From Tubiluchus corallicola (lineage: Eukaryota > Animalia > Priapulida), in the NCBI GenBank assembly GCA_030141605.1, contig JAQGDQ010000741.1:1-64000 (forward strand): a stretch of 64,000 nucleotides of DNA, given 5' to 3'. The position numbers and the translations under genes are program-made. Shown piece by piece: positions 1 through 11,510 of the stretch. The notes below the pieces were generated by a model. The model was not told the origin of the DNA. It searched no databases and saw only the letters and a program-made list of their open reading frames with translations. How positions within the stretch are numbered: position 1 is the stretch's first letter; each line of letters opens with the position of its first letter.

Positions 1-123
1 TTAAAAAAAGATTTTTCACTAGAGTCAAAATTACTACCATCATTATCGTCTTTACGATATCATTGTCATTATCGAGTAGTTATTGTAGACATCGTCATTG
101 TCGTCATTATCGTCATTGTCGTA

Positions 124-591
124 AAATTATGTCCCAAAAAACTTACCATTTAAAATTATGTTACATAGCTTTCGCTTACCTGCTTGAAAGACTTATGTAA
201 CTAGAAAAGAAAATTATTAATTATTTAAAATGTTTTCACCAATTGGTAAAATGCACCCCTCCAGGGTGCACCACTCACTAATCAAAAACCTATTTTTAAT
301 CTTATTGACAAAATACAGTAATTTCAAATTTTATTTAGTTTTTGACGTGTGCACTACGAATGCTCTGATTATTTTCTGAAACTTTACACAATGTTATCTA
401 AACTTGTTTCAAATGACTTATCATCAAAATGGCTGCGTCAAACGGTCATCGCGGGAGTTTAAATTTACATGTTTTATACAGCGTTACTGCCACCGCAAGT
501 TTAATATGCAAAAAGGCAGCATGTAAGTGATATAAAATTTCAAGACGAATATTTTACGCTATAGGTAAACGGTGGGTTTTTTGTGCTTTAA
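124..591 (+). mobile_element. Kolobok-like non-autonomous family A, 5'-truncated
   Basis: Aligns by eye with 50507-51143 and ends TTGTGCT-TTAA. Confidence 0.75.
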
Positions 592-788
592 CATTCTTTC
601 CAAACACGTAATAAGCTCAACTTCACAGAAGACTTTTCTTTTAAATATTAGAGAATGAAAATTCTTACGAACATTTTAATAAATCCCGACGGTGGCCATT
701 ACTTAGTATAACAAACCACTCGTCACGGTCTTATTATATCACGTGGCTAATAACAATAATCTTCTAGTTGTATTTATAAAGTAGATAA

Positions 789-1593
789 GACAAGACAAGA
801 CAAGACAAGACAAGACAAGACAAGACAAGACAAGACAAGACAAGACAAGACAAGACAAGACAAGACAAGACAAGACAAGACAAGACAAGACAAGACAAGA
901 CAAGACAAGACAAGACAAGACAAGACAAGGCAAGGCAAGGCAAGGCAAGGCAAGGCAAGGCAAGGCAAGGCAAGGCAAGGCAAGGCAAGGCAAGGCAAGG
1001 CAAGGCAAGGCAAGGCAAGGCAAGGCAAGGCAAGGCAAGGCAAGACAAGACAAGACAAGACAAGACAAGACAAGGCAAGGCAAGGCAAGGCAAGGCAAGG
1101 CAAGGCAAGGCAAGGCAAGGCAATGCAAATCAAGGCAAGGGAAGGCAAGACGAGGCGAGGCAAGGCAAGGCAAGGCAAGGCAAGGCAAGACAAGACAAGA
1201 CAAGACAAGACAAGACAAGGCAAGGCAAGGCAAGGCAAGGCAAGGCAAGACAAGACAAGGCAAGGCAAGGCAAGACAAGACAAGACAAGACAAGACAAGG
1301 CAAGACAAGACAAGACAAGACAAGACAAGACAAGGCAAGGCAAGACAAGGCAAGGCAAGGCAAGGCAAGGCAAGGCAAAGCAAGGCAAGGCAAGGCAAGA
1401 CAAGACAAGACAAGACAAGGCAAGGCAAGGCAAGACAAGACAAGACAAGACAAGACAAGGCAAGGCAAGGCAAGACAAGGCAAGGCAAGGCAAGGCAAGG
1501 CAAGACAAGACAAGACAAGACAAGGCAAGGCAAGGCAAGGCAAGGCAAGACAAGACAAGACAAGACAAGGGAAGGCAAGACGAGGCGAGGCGA
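789..1593 (+). repeat. (CAAGA/CAAGG)n pentanucleotide microsatellite
   Basis: Read directly; it generates the overlapping LVLSC/ARQGK ORFs. Confidence 0.98.
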
Positions 1594-1619
1594 GTTATTA
1601 CTTGCACATCTTTGATTAT

Positions 1620-2160
1620 CTTTGACTACGGCCAAATCATGTTGAAAACACCGGTTCTCGTCTGATCACCGAAGTTAAGCAACGTAGAGCCTGGTTAGTG
1701 CTTGGATGGGTGACCGCCTAGGAATACCAGGTGCTGTAGGCTTGCGGGATGCAAACGCTGTATCTCGACACTAGGCGGAGGAGCTGCACAAGCAGCCAAC
1801 GGCTAGAGGGACCCAACGGCCATGCGTAGAAGAGTAAACCTTCTAAATCAGGAGTGGAGACCCGAAGGCAGACCAGTGCAGCAAGCTCACTGACTCCGGA
1901 AGCTCCTGCAGCCAACCTGGTGCCAATCGTATGGCTCCCCTTTCCTTTGGACAACACCAAGGAGGAAGAGAGGGGGTTCCTGTTGTCTGGACAACTCAGG
2001 ATCTCCATACACCTTGCCCAGGCGTGCGCCCTGGAGACGTTAAAGGATCGCACTGCTCAGCCACAGTCGACGCTGCAGCTCCATCAATGTGATCAATAAC
2101 TGACTCTCTTGGCGCACACTCCATTGTCTTCCGAGACGGAAGGATGCCAACAACAACAGC

Positions 2161-2201
<41 letters not shown>
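1620..2201 (+). mobile_element. Complete 5S rRNA-derived SINE (SINE3 type) with (CAA)n tail
   Basis: 5S head at 1624-1743, a ~400-bp GC-richer body and a (CAA)n tail at 2148-2201. Flanked by a 12-bp TSD ATCTTTGATTAT at 1608-1619 and 2202-2213. Confidence 0.85.
1624..1743 (+). pseudogene. 5S rRNA-derived sequence forming the SINE head, not a canonical 5S gene
   Basis: GACTACGGCCAAATCATGTTGAAAACACCGGTTCTCGTCTGATCACCGAAGTTAAGCAACG...GGAATACCAGGTGCTGTAGGCTT is a full-length 5S match with its internal control region, but no oligo-dT terminator follows. Confidence 0.9.
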
Positions 2202-2649
2202 ATCTTTGATTATAATTATGAATCTGCAGAAATAGAAACAGAAAATTCAGCCTACTTTCCAGATTTGCACCAATTTCTGAGCAATTATTCTGCATTAGGA
2301 CTATAGCAGCTGTCATAATGAGTTGTTGACATCATCATCTAAATTGCTTATGGCTTCTACAGGTAATTACAGGTGGCAGGTGTAATGCGACACGAGTTCC
2401 AAAAATAAGGCAAAACAACAAACAAGTCGCGAATTGATCTGCAGTCGCAGAATAAAGTTTATTTAGGTTTTTTTAAAGTAAATTATATTAAACTAAGCTA
2501 AAACACAAAACTTTTTCTTGGAATCACGTTTAACAAGCTCAGAACAACAGAAATTGTGATAAAGTAACACTGCAAGCAGACCTATCTCAACGAGTCGTCC
2601 GTTGAATCAGTACTTTAATATGTTTGTGAATCTGTTGCTGATTTCTAAC

Positions 2650-2960
2650 TTAAAGCAAAACCAAACCCAATCTTAAATTATAGGTCAATACAATCTACTC
2701 CATAAAATATTGAAAGGAAACATACTGTATTTTTTCAAAAATGACAAAAATGAAAGAATTATTACCACACAAACACAACTTCACATTTGCGCCACTAGTT
2801 ACATGCATTTTGCCATTCGCTAATTAGCTAGTTAGAGGGGCAGCAGCGACTGCATTTCGGAATCGAATTGCACAAAAAAAGACGTGTTATACCACTCAGT
2901 TCAGATGCGTTAGTTTGTGACGAACTGCACACGTTCGGCAGCTCATGTGTGAGTACAGTA
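2650..2960 (+). mobile_element. Kolobok-like family B, 5' half
   Basis: Starts TTAA-AGCAAAACC and matches roughly 9169-9470. Confidence 0.7.
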
Positions 2961-3104
2961 GTTTTAAATGTAACTAATAAAATACTTTTAATTTTAGGGG
3001 ATTTTAATGCATCATTGCACAAAGGGAACACGAGTGAGGCTGAACCTAATTAGCAACAGATTTGTTAGTATTATGCTTAATTATTGCCTGAATAACAGCA
3101 AAAA

Positions 3105-3305
3105 CTGACTGACTAACCAACCAACCAACTAAGTAATTATCTAGATGTCTAGCTAACCAATTAACTAATTATTTTGCCAGGCCACCAGGGAGCCGACCAA
3201 CCTATCCACCCACACACACCCCAACAAACCAGCCAACTAACCAACCAACCAAGTAACTAACCAACCAAACAGCCAACCAATCAAACACCCAACCACCCAC
3301 CCACT
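3105..3305 (+). repeat. Degenerate (AACC/AACT)n microsatellite
   Basis: Read directly. Confidence 0.8.
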
Positions 3306-3577
3306 CATAATCTCAGGTGCCTTATATTTAGCCTAGTAAATTACTCAAAGTGATCGCGTTTATTAATGGCGGAAAATAAGGAGCTTTCAATATCCTATTT
3401 TGACCATGAGGCTTGTAAGAATGTATGGCTGTTTTATAAATAATTTTCAGCCTCTTATTCGAAACAAAGATCGTGCAGAGCTGTATGTACGCAATTTCAT
3501 AGAACAACATAATGTTCACGACAATGCAACAAAGCATTAGAATCCTAAGAATAAGGACAAGTTATTAATGTGCAGCC

Positions 3578-3815
3578 ATGAATCTGAACCTAGAATTGAT
3601 CTTCGGGTTGTCCTATAGGCTAGTATAGGCTGCATCCTAGGGGCCCTTCAAGCGTTGGTAACATTTGGTTAAAAATAGTTTACCTTCACTATGGTTGTAA
3701 TGAATCTGAACCAAGAATTGATCCTGGAGTAGGTCAGGTTGTTCTATAGGGCAGTATAAGCTGTAGGCTAGGTCCCTTCAAGCTTTGGTAACATTTGGTA
3801 ACATTTCACCGCGGT
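3578..3815. repeat. Diverged ~122-bp tandem duplication
   Basis: ATGAATCTGAACC.AGAATTGATC ... CCCTTCAAGC.TTGGTAACATTTGGT occurs twice. Confidence 0.75.
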
Positions 3816-4270
3816 TGTGTTGAAATATGTGCTAATTTGGTCTGCAATAATTAGTAAAATAGTGGTATTTCTTAAAGAATACTCCAACTGACAAACAAAA
3901 GATAGCTGGTCTAGTTTATTTAAAGGATTTGCAATAAATAAGTTTACTTCGAGCTATGAATTTGTACTAATGTATATAACACGAGTAAAAATATTCAAGA
4001 CGGATGCAGGCTGGCAGAGGGTAGAGGGTGGCTCCGTCTGAGGGTGCCCCATAATTTCATTATTTATTTTTTATTTTAGGTTTATTTCAGTACATAATAA
4101 GTACCAGGAAACGATAAACAAAGATTAATCAATAACCTACTACAAGACAAAATAAAAAAAATATTTACACAGAGAACAATTAGACAGAGAAGAGAGAATC
4201 AATGGCCTTGGGGCCCCAAAATCCGGCCCTGTCCTTGAGGGCTACCACACCTGGATTTTTATCTTATTAA

Positions 4271-4729
4271 CCCTTTCAGTCCCAAATTATTTTTTAATAA
4301 GAAAAAAAAATTTGGCTTGGTACTTTTGTTCAGTATGTCCATCTTGTTTACACATAATAATTATTTTTTTCTACCTGTGTCCGTGTGCTAAATATAGCCT
4401 GTATCCCGCGGGATACATTGGGATTCAAAGGAAGCATAAAATGTGCCTCATTTTGCAACTGCTGATAATTTTTTAAAGTATTTAAGACATTTAGTATGCA
4501 CGCTATACTGATCTGTACAAAGTCGTCTCTAAAGTACTGTACCTTGCGCAGTTTTTTATGCTATGTAGATTTTTTAGTTTGCCATTTTATCACCATTTTT
4601 AGTCTATTGTTATTGGCTTAAATCCAAATAACTATTAACAGATCAAATAACTGTCAGTTTTATAATTTTATTAATTTTAAAGGCAGAAAATGCTCTCGTA
4701 TCACACGGGATACAACTGGTATGAAAGGG
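4271..4729. mobile_element. piggyBac-type MITE
   Basis: TTAA-CCCTTTCA...TGAAAGGG-TTAA, with internal GTATC..CGGGATAC palindromes near 4402 and 4698. Confidence 0.85.
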
Positions 4730-4892
4730 TTAACAGGTTTAACACAGTTTCTCGAAGGTCACACTACACGTGTCCATGGTGAAGCCGGAGCCAAAATCTC
4801 TTGTCACCTTGTGGCTTCTTCAAGTCAACGAGATACAAAAAATAACCTTCATTTCTAAAAATCATTGACTTTAATTATGATTATTCACTTAC

Positions 4893-5067
4893 TTCGGTCT
4901 TCCACTATTTGGTCTAGCGTTTTGTAAAGAGCTTCCAATGAGATGCAAACTTGTTTTACGAATTCAGGCATTTCTTCATAATCTTCAGCACATTGGCTAG
5001 GTAAACAGTTTGCTGTACCAACTAGGAGGATGAGTGAAAAAAGTGAGGCAAGAATTAATTGCTGCAT
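4893..5067 (-). CDS. Ms: First coding exon of a myosuppressin-like neuropeptide precursor (signal peptide plus two-Cys pro-region)
   Basis: Encodes MQQLILASLFSLILLVGTANC-LPSQCAEDYEEMPEFVKQVCISLEALYKTLDQIVEDR. The hydrophobic signal peptide is followed by a motif matching the arthropod myosuppressin pro-region as I recall it (Drosophila PPLC..IVEEMPPHIRKVCQALE). Acceptor tttgtttcag precedes 5087, the start is GCCATG at 5067, and a phase-1 donor A|gtaagt follows 4893. Confidence 0.8.
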
Positions 5068-5164
5068 GGCTTCTCCTGGATATGTTTCTGAAACAAAGAT
5101 GCAAATAAATGTTAATAACTGCACGCTGCAAGTATGTATAAAAACCAATGACATCTCAGAACAC

Positions 5165-5860
5165 CCACTGACATCTCAGAACCCTAATCCAGATAAAAAA
5201 GTTACTGGCAAAAAAGTGTAAAAACCCACTGGCATCTCAGAACCCTAATCCAGGTAAAAAGTTACTGGCAAAAAAGTATGAAAACCTACTGGCATCTCAG
5301 AATCCTAATCCAGAATAAAAAGTCACTGGCAAAAAAGTATAAAAACCTACTGGCATCTCAGAATCCTAATCCAGAATAAAAAGTCACTGGCAAAAAAGTG
5401 TAAAAACCCACTGGCATCTCAGAACCCTAATCCAGGTAAAAAGTTACTGGCAAAAAAGTATAAAAACCTACTGGCATCTCAGAACCCTAATCCAGATAAA
5501 AAAGTTACTGGCAAAAAAGTATAAAAACCCACTGGCATCTCAGAACCCTAATCCAGATAAAAAAGTTACTGGCAAAAAAGTGTAAAAACTCACTGGCGTC
5601 TCAGAACCCTAATCCACGTAAAAAGTCACTGGGGGAAGTATAAAAACCCACTGGCATCTCAGAACCCTAATCCACGTAAAAAAGTCACGGGGGGGAGTAT
5701 AAAAACCCACTGACATCTCAGAATCCTAATCCACGTAAAAAGTCACGGGGGGGGGGAGTATAAAAACCCACTGACATCTCAGAATCCTAATCCACGTAAA
5801 AAGTCACTGACAAAAAGGTATAGAAATCTGCTGACATCTCAGAACGCGATCCCAGGTAAA
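5165..5860 (+). repeat. ~60-bp minisatellite (about 11 copies) containing a Helentron-like element end
   Basis: Unit AAAAACCCACTGGCATCTCAGAACCCTAATCCAGGTAAAAAGTTACTGGCAAAAAAGTAT. Confidence 0.9.
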
Positions 5861-6020
5861 AATGCCACTGGAAAAAAATCACAGGAAGGAATGAAATAAC
5901 CCTAGCCATAACCTTTGCCCTAACTCATAACACTAACCCTAGCCAAAATTATTGCCTGTGAGTTTTTACCTGTGAATTTTTTCCTAGGCAAAATTGCGAC
6001 AGTTTTCCAGCGACTTTACT
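5850..6020 (+). mobile_element. Short Helentron/HINE-like element with TAACCC-like core
   Basis: CCAGGTAAAAA..CACTGG / AAAATCACAGG motifs, a TAACCC tract, then inverted CCTGTGA.TTTTTACCTGTG motifs; same layout as 10097-11070 and 35560-36270. Confidence 0.55.
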
Positions 6021-6309
6021 ACTGGCCAAAAGACATTTTATTTATACCATACGCCTAGTCAATCATAAACTTGAGTAGACGCATTTGAACAGCATATATG
6101 AAAATGATTCGTATGCTAGTTTTTGAAATGCAGTATTTTTATCACGTACGAAACTTAGGAGGAAAAGTAAATTACTAACTTCAGCTATCTGCGAGCTGTT
6201 GGTTTGCTTCATTAGTCATTAAGTTTTGAATTCACACAACCTTATCAGCAAGACAAATTGCCAGTTCACACCCTTCAGCGCAGACTCTACGCAGATATCA
6301 ACTGAAAGT

Positions 6310-7160
6310 TCGGTGCAGGCTAAAAATGACACTAGTAAAAATGGCACACGTAAAAATGGCACAGGTAAAAATGGCACAAGTAAAAACGGCACACGCAAAA
6401 TGACACGATTAAAATGGCACGGGTAAAAATGGCACAGATAAAAATGACATTAGTAAAAATGGCACAGGTAAAAATGGCACAACTAAAAACGGCACAAGGA
6501 AAATGACACAAGTAAAAATTGCACAGGTAAAAGTGACACAAGTAAAAATGGTACAGGTAAAAATGACACTAGTAAAAATGGCACAGGTAAAATGGCACAA
6601 CTAAAAACGGCACAAGCAAAATGACACTAAAAACGGCACAAGCAAAATGACACAAGTAAAAATTGCACAGGTAAAAGTGACACAAGTAAAAATGGTACAG
6701 GTAAAAATGACACAAGTAAAAATGGCACAGGTAAAAATGGCACAGGTAAAAATGGCACAAGTAAAAATGGCACACGCAAAATGACACAACTAAAAATGGC
6801 ACAGATAAAAATGACACTAGTAAAAACGGCACAGGTAAAAATTGCACAAGTAAGAACGGCACAGGTAAAAATTGCACAAGTAAAAACGGCACAAGCAAAG
6901 TGACACAAGCAAAAATGGTACAGGTAAAAGTGACACAAGTAAAAATGGCACGGAAAAAATAATACAAGTAAAAATGACACAGGTAAAATGACACAGGAAA
7001 AATGACAGGAAAATGGGCTCCAATGGAAAAATAGGAAAAAATGGCACACATAGGATACGAGTTTAGAGTTAGGATTCTGAGGGGGATAATTGTTTTAATT
7101 ATTTTTTTTCTGTCAAGAAAGATATGCCTCAACTATGTTTGTTTGTTTGTTTGTCTGTCT
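6310..7160 (+). mobile_element. Element with expanded ~15-bp AAAAATGGCACAGGT array (family E)
   Basis: Array at 6320-7050 followed by GAGTTTAGAGTT and (GTTT)n; a short version lies at 8926-9060. Confidence 0.65.
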
Positions 7161-7696
7161 GTTATATATGAGTAAGTCTATGGCGCAAAAACATTAGAAA
7201 GTTTATTTTCAGTAAAAGTTCTAAGCGTACTACATTGTTTGATAAAAATGCTCTCATTGGGTTGTCCATAGATGCATCTATACATTGCAGCCCCTTGCAT
7301 GGATTCGCCTCATTCGTGAATCAGCGCTAACTTCCTGGAGGCATTGTTTTTAGCGCAATTAGGAATTCCGGCCGTTTTCGAGGAGCACGACGTGTGAAAT
7401 CGGACTCCTATTTAATGTTTCACATGTTAAAGTGTCGTAGACTGGCTTCATAATATGCATGGCATAACTTCATGGGACTTGACAGACTAAAGAGTGTCAC
7501 TAAAAGCAGTTGGCAATGTTCCAGGTAATACAGGATGATGAAGAGACACATTGTGGACTTTATATGACAACATTTTCTTTTAAAAACGTTTAATTTTTTT
7601 ATGCATATCCGATGCTATTTTTCTCTATTCAATTTAGCCATCCATCTGTCAGTGGTAGAGACTTTTTTATTTGTACATGATTGGTCACATATCATT

Positions 7697-8140
7697 AAGT
7701 AAGTAAGTGAGTGAGAGAGTGGGTTTGGGTGAGTGAGTGAGAGAGTGAGTGAATGAGTGAGTGAGTGATAGAGTGAGTGAATGAGTGAGTGAGTGATAGA
7801 GTGAGTGAGTGAGTGAGTAATTGCGTGAGTGAGTGAGTGAGTGAGTGAATGAATGAGTGAGTGCATGAGTGAGTGAATGAGTGAGCGAGTGAGTGAGTAA
7901 GTGCGTGAGTGAGTGAGTGAATGAGTGAGTGAGTGAGTGTGCGAGTGAGTGAGTGAGTGAATGGGTTTGGATGAGTGAGTGAGTGAGTGAGTGAGTGAGT
8001 GAGTGAGTGAGTGAGCGAGTGAGTGAGGGAGTGGGTTTGGGTGAGTGAGTGAGTGAGTGAGGGAGTGAGGGAGTGAGGGAGTGGATTTGGGTGAGTGAGT
8101 GAGTGAGTCAGTGAATGAGTGAGTGAGTAAGTAAGTAAGT
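7697..8140 (+). repeat. (GAGT)n microsatellite
   Basis: Read directly. Confidence 0.95.
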
Positions 8141-8159
8141 ACTTCCTTTGTGGCAGATC

Positions 8160-8559
8160 AAATGGCGCACGATGAAAATGGCACAGGAAAAAAGGCACAG
8201 GTAAAAATGGCATAAGAAAAAGGCACAGGGAAAAAATGCCACAGGAAGAAAAGGCACAGGTAAAAATGCCACAGGATGAAAAGGGACAGGTAAAAGTGTT
8301 ACTGAAAAAATGGCACAAGAAAAAATGTCACTGAACAAAGCCGCACAAGTAAAAATGGTACGGTAAAAATAGTGTTAGAAAAAGTACAGAAATGCAAAAA
8401 TTCGAAAAAATGGCACACTTATATAAAATATGAATTTAAGCCTAAGTTACTGTCGAAGACGATTATTTAATTATTTTTACCATACCATTTTTCCTGTACC
8501 ATTTTTTCCTGTGCCATTGTTCCTGTGCCATTTTACCTGTGCCATTTTTACCTACATTC
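8160..8559. mobile_element. Family E foldback copy
   Basis: AAAAATGGCACAGG array followed by its inverse, ending TGTGCCATTTTTACCTACATTC, the reverse complement of GAATGTAGGTAAAAATGG at ~8927. Confidence 0.65.
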
Positions 8560-9168
8560 TGCAAGCATCTACGCAAACGTATAACGCTATAACCGCAGAG
8601 ATTTCCGGTTACATCATCTCACTAATGCTAATGCAAGTAAAATTCAGATAATCAGTCTATTCTAAATGGCTCCACTGTTCTATAAATTAGCTGATATGAT
8701 TAACGGAAGAATTTCAAATGTCTTCGGATCATTTCAAGGACCAGAATTAAAGTCGGTGGATTTAAAATTAGCAATATGTCAACTTTGAGTCTTTTTCTAT
8801 AGACGTAACGCTCATTTTTCTGCCTAATCCGCTTTGGATAATTCTATTTTATTGAGCAAACAAGGAATAGTATGTATAATGGTGTACAGTATCAACCGTT
8901 ATTATAATATTAATGATATGTGCACCGAATGTAGGTAAAAATGGTTGGGGAAAGGGCACAAAAGAAAAAATAAGAAAAAATTGAGCACTCAAAAAGTATG
9001 AGTTTAGAGTTTTGATAATTATTTTATTTCAGCCAAGTTTGTTTGTTTGTTTGTTTCTTACAATTAGTCCCAGGCAAGATAAATACAATCGTTTTTGGTT
9101 TTGCATGTCAAAATGACACAGTTTTCAGACGTGCAGAATATTATCTTTCTCCACCAAATTTAAAAGGC

Positions 9169-9775
9169 TTAAAGCAAAACCGGACTCAACCTTTAACTGT
9201 AGGTCAAAACAATCTACTTTTTAAAATATTGAAAGGGAACACGCTATTTTATCAAAAATGACTTACTTGAAAGAATTATTACCACACAAACACAATTTCA
9301 CGTTCGCGCCACTAGTTCTTTGCTGTTACGTGCGTTTACTAGTTAGACGGGCACAAGCGCCTGCATTTCGGAAACGCGTTGCACAAAAACAGGTTCTGAA
9401 CCTCTTTGTTCAGAAGTGTTAGTTTGTGACGTACAGCACACGATTGACAGCTTTTGTGTGAGCACAGCGGCAAATTTGAAATTTGAATTTTTATCTTAAA
9501 ATTTGCCTAGTCTTAGTACAGCACACTGAATATCTTTCAGTAGCACTGCACTTCAATTTTTGCTTTCGCAAACACGCCCATGGAAAATTTTTGCTGTTGA
9601 AAATTATGTTAGTTTGTGATGTTATCAATAGGTGGGCTCGCCGCCGTTAATTAAGATTTTAGTCTATTATTTAATTATCAGAGATGCCTTTGTCGTATTA
9701 TTGGTGTTAAAATGTAACTTTTTATCTGATTGGAAAATTGAGTAGTATATGAAAAATCATCCTGTCATCCTTCAA
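9169..9775 (+). mobile_element. Kolobok-like family B, near full length
   Basis: TTAA-AGCAAAACC...CATCCT-TCAA, with copies at 2650, 25177 and 58588. Confidence 0.75.
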
Positions 9776-10096
9776 ACATTTGTCTTATCTTATTGACAAT
9801 GAATCTACAGTAGTATTTTCCATTCATATACAGTAGTATTTTCCATTCATAGAGACATGCAGTTTTATGGCTATGCAATCATGCACGGAGTATGATCGAC
9901 CAATCTTTTGTGTTAATTAAATGTTTGTTTACTGCTTATTGTAAAACCAGCTTTTGCGTGTGTCGGAAAGTTGAAAAAATGAACTTCACATTAATTTCCT
10001 TGTTCAAAGGGAAGTTCCGTTTACGTGACAGCTGCTACTAATCCATAGAACGCAGGTTCGAGCCATAACAGAGGAATAATTTTTTGACATGGTAAT

Positions 10097-11070
10097 GAAT
10101 TCAGGTAAAAAAGTCACAGGTAAAAAGTCACAGGCGAAAAGTCATAGGTTGAAAAGTGACAAGGACAAAAGGCAAACGAAATGACAAATAGCCCTAACCC
10201 TAACCCTAGCCTTAACCCTAATCTTACCCTAAGCTTAGCCCTAATCCTATCCCTAACCCTACCCCTAAGCTTAATCCTAACCATAGCTTAACCCTAACCT
10301 TACCCTAGTCCTAACCCTAAGCTTAACCCAAACCTTATACTAGCCCTAACCCCAAGCTTAACCATAATAACCCTAACCCCAAGCTTAACCATAATAACCC
10401 TAACCCTAAGCTTAACCATAACTTTACCCTAGCGGTAACCCTAAGTTTAAATCTAACTTTACCCAAACCCTAACCCTAAGCTTAACCATAACTTTACCCT
10501 AGCGGTAACCCTAAGTTTAAATCCAACTTTACCCTAAGCTTAAATCTAACTTTATCTTAAGCTTAAATCTATCTTTATCCTAGCCCTAACCCTAAGCTTA
10601 ACCCTAATCTTACCCTAACCCTAACCCTAAGCTTAACCCTAACATTATCCTAGCCCTAACCCTAAGTTTAAATCTAACTTTACCCAATCCCTAACCCTAA
10701 GCTTAACCCTAATCCTACCTTAGCCGTAACCCTAAGCTTAACCATAACTTTACCCTAGCGCTAACCCTAAGCTTAAATCTAACTTTACCCAAACCCTAAC
10801 CCTAAGCTTAAATATATACCTTACTCTAACTCTAATCCTAAGATTAAATCTAACTTTACCCTAAGCTTAAATCTAACTTTACCCTAAGCTTAACCCTAAT
10901 CTTACTCTAGCCCTAACCCTAAGCTTAACCCTAATCTTACTCTAGCCCTAGCCCTAAGCTTAACCCTAATCTTACTCTAGCCCTAACTCTAAGCTTAACC
11001 CTAATCTTACCTTAGCCCTAACCCTAATCTTAAATCTAACCTTACCCTAACCCTAACCCTATCCCTAATA
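10097..11070 (+). mobile_element. Helentron/HINE-like element with ~870 bp of degenerate (TAACCC)n
   Basis: Begins GAATTCAGGTAAAAAAGTCACAGG, then TAACCC/TAAGCT/TAATCT hexamer variants at 10190-11068. Confidence 0.65.
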
Positions 11071-11510
11071 TTTTTTTTATTTCAGGCAAAATTTTCCATA
11101 TACAAATGCCTACATATTTCTTCTTCTTCACATTCTCACAGAAACAACAACAGCAGAAATGTGAATAGAAGTTTCTAACGGTGCGCCACTGTCAACCGTA
11201 CGTCACCACCTAATAGACCTGTTTACATATTTACATCTGCCTGACCATTATTTACTGAAGCCAGACAAACTTGTTATGGGATATTACAGCAAGCAAATCA
11301 AAGTGGTACCCAACATTAGTACATTCTGCATTAACAAGACGGATTCATTGTTCTGTAGGGAAAATTGAGGGTGACCGGAAAAAAATCACCATTTTGACTA
11401 AGAAAAATGTCACGGGAATTTTAGCTAGGCAAGAAACTCGGGTAGTCAAACAAAAACATTCAAGTCAGTCACAATTTATTTAACTACCGTAAACAATTAA
11501 AGTAATAAAC

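Noticed and set aside
739-1665. Long LVLSC / ARQGK ORFs
   Set aside because: Translations of a pentanucleotide microsatellite that lacks stop codons.
1624-1743. Functional 5S rRNA gene
   Set aside because: No terminator, several substitutions, and embedded in a TSD-flanked retroposon.
2202-2250. Strong minus-strand acceptor (ttttctgtttctatttctgcag) as the next Ms exon, disrupted by the SINE
   Set aside because: A phase-1 join gives N-S-stop, and no RFamide appears even after removing the SINE.
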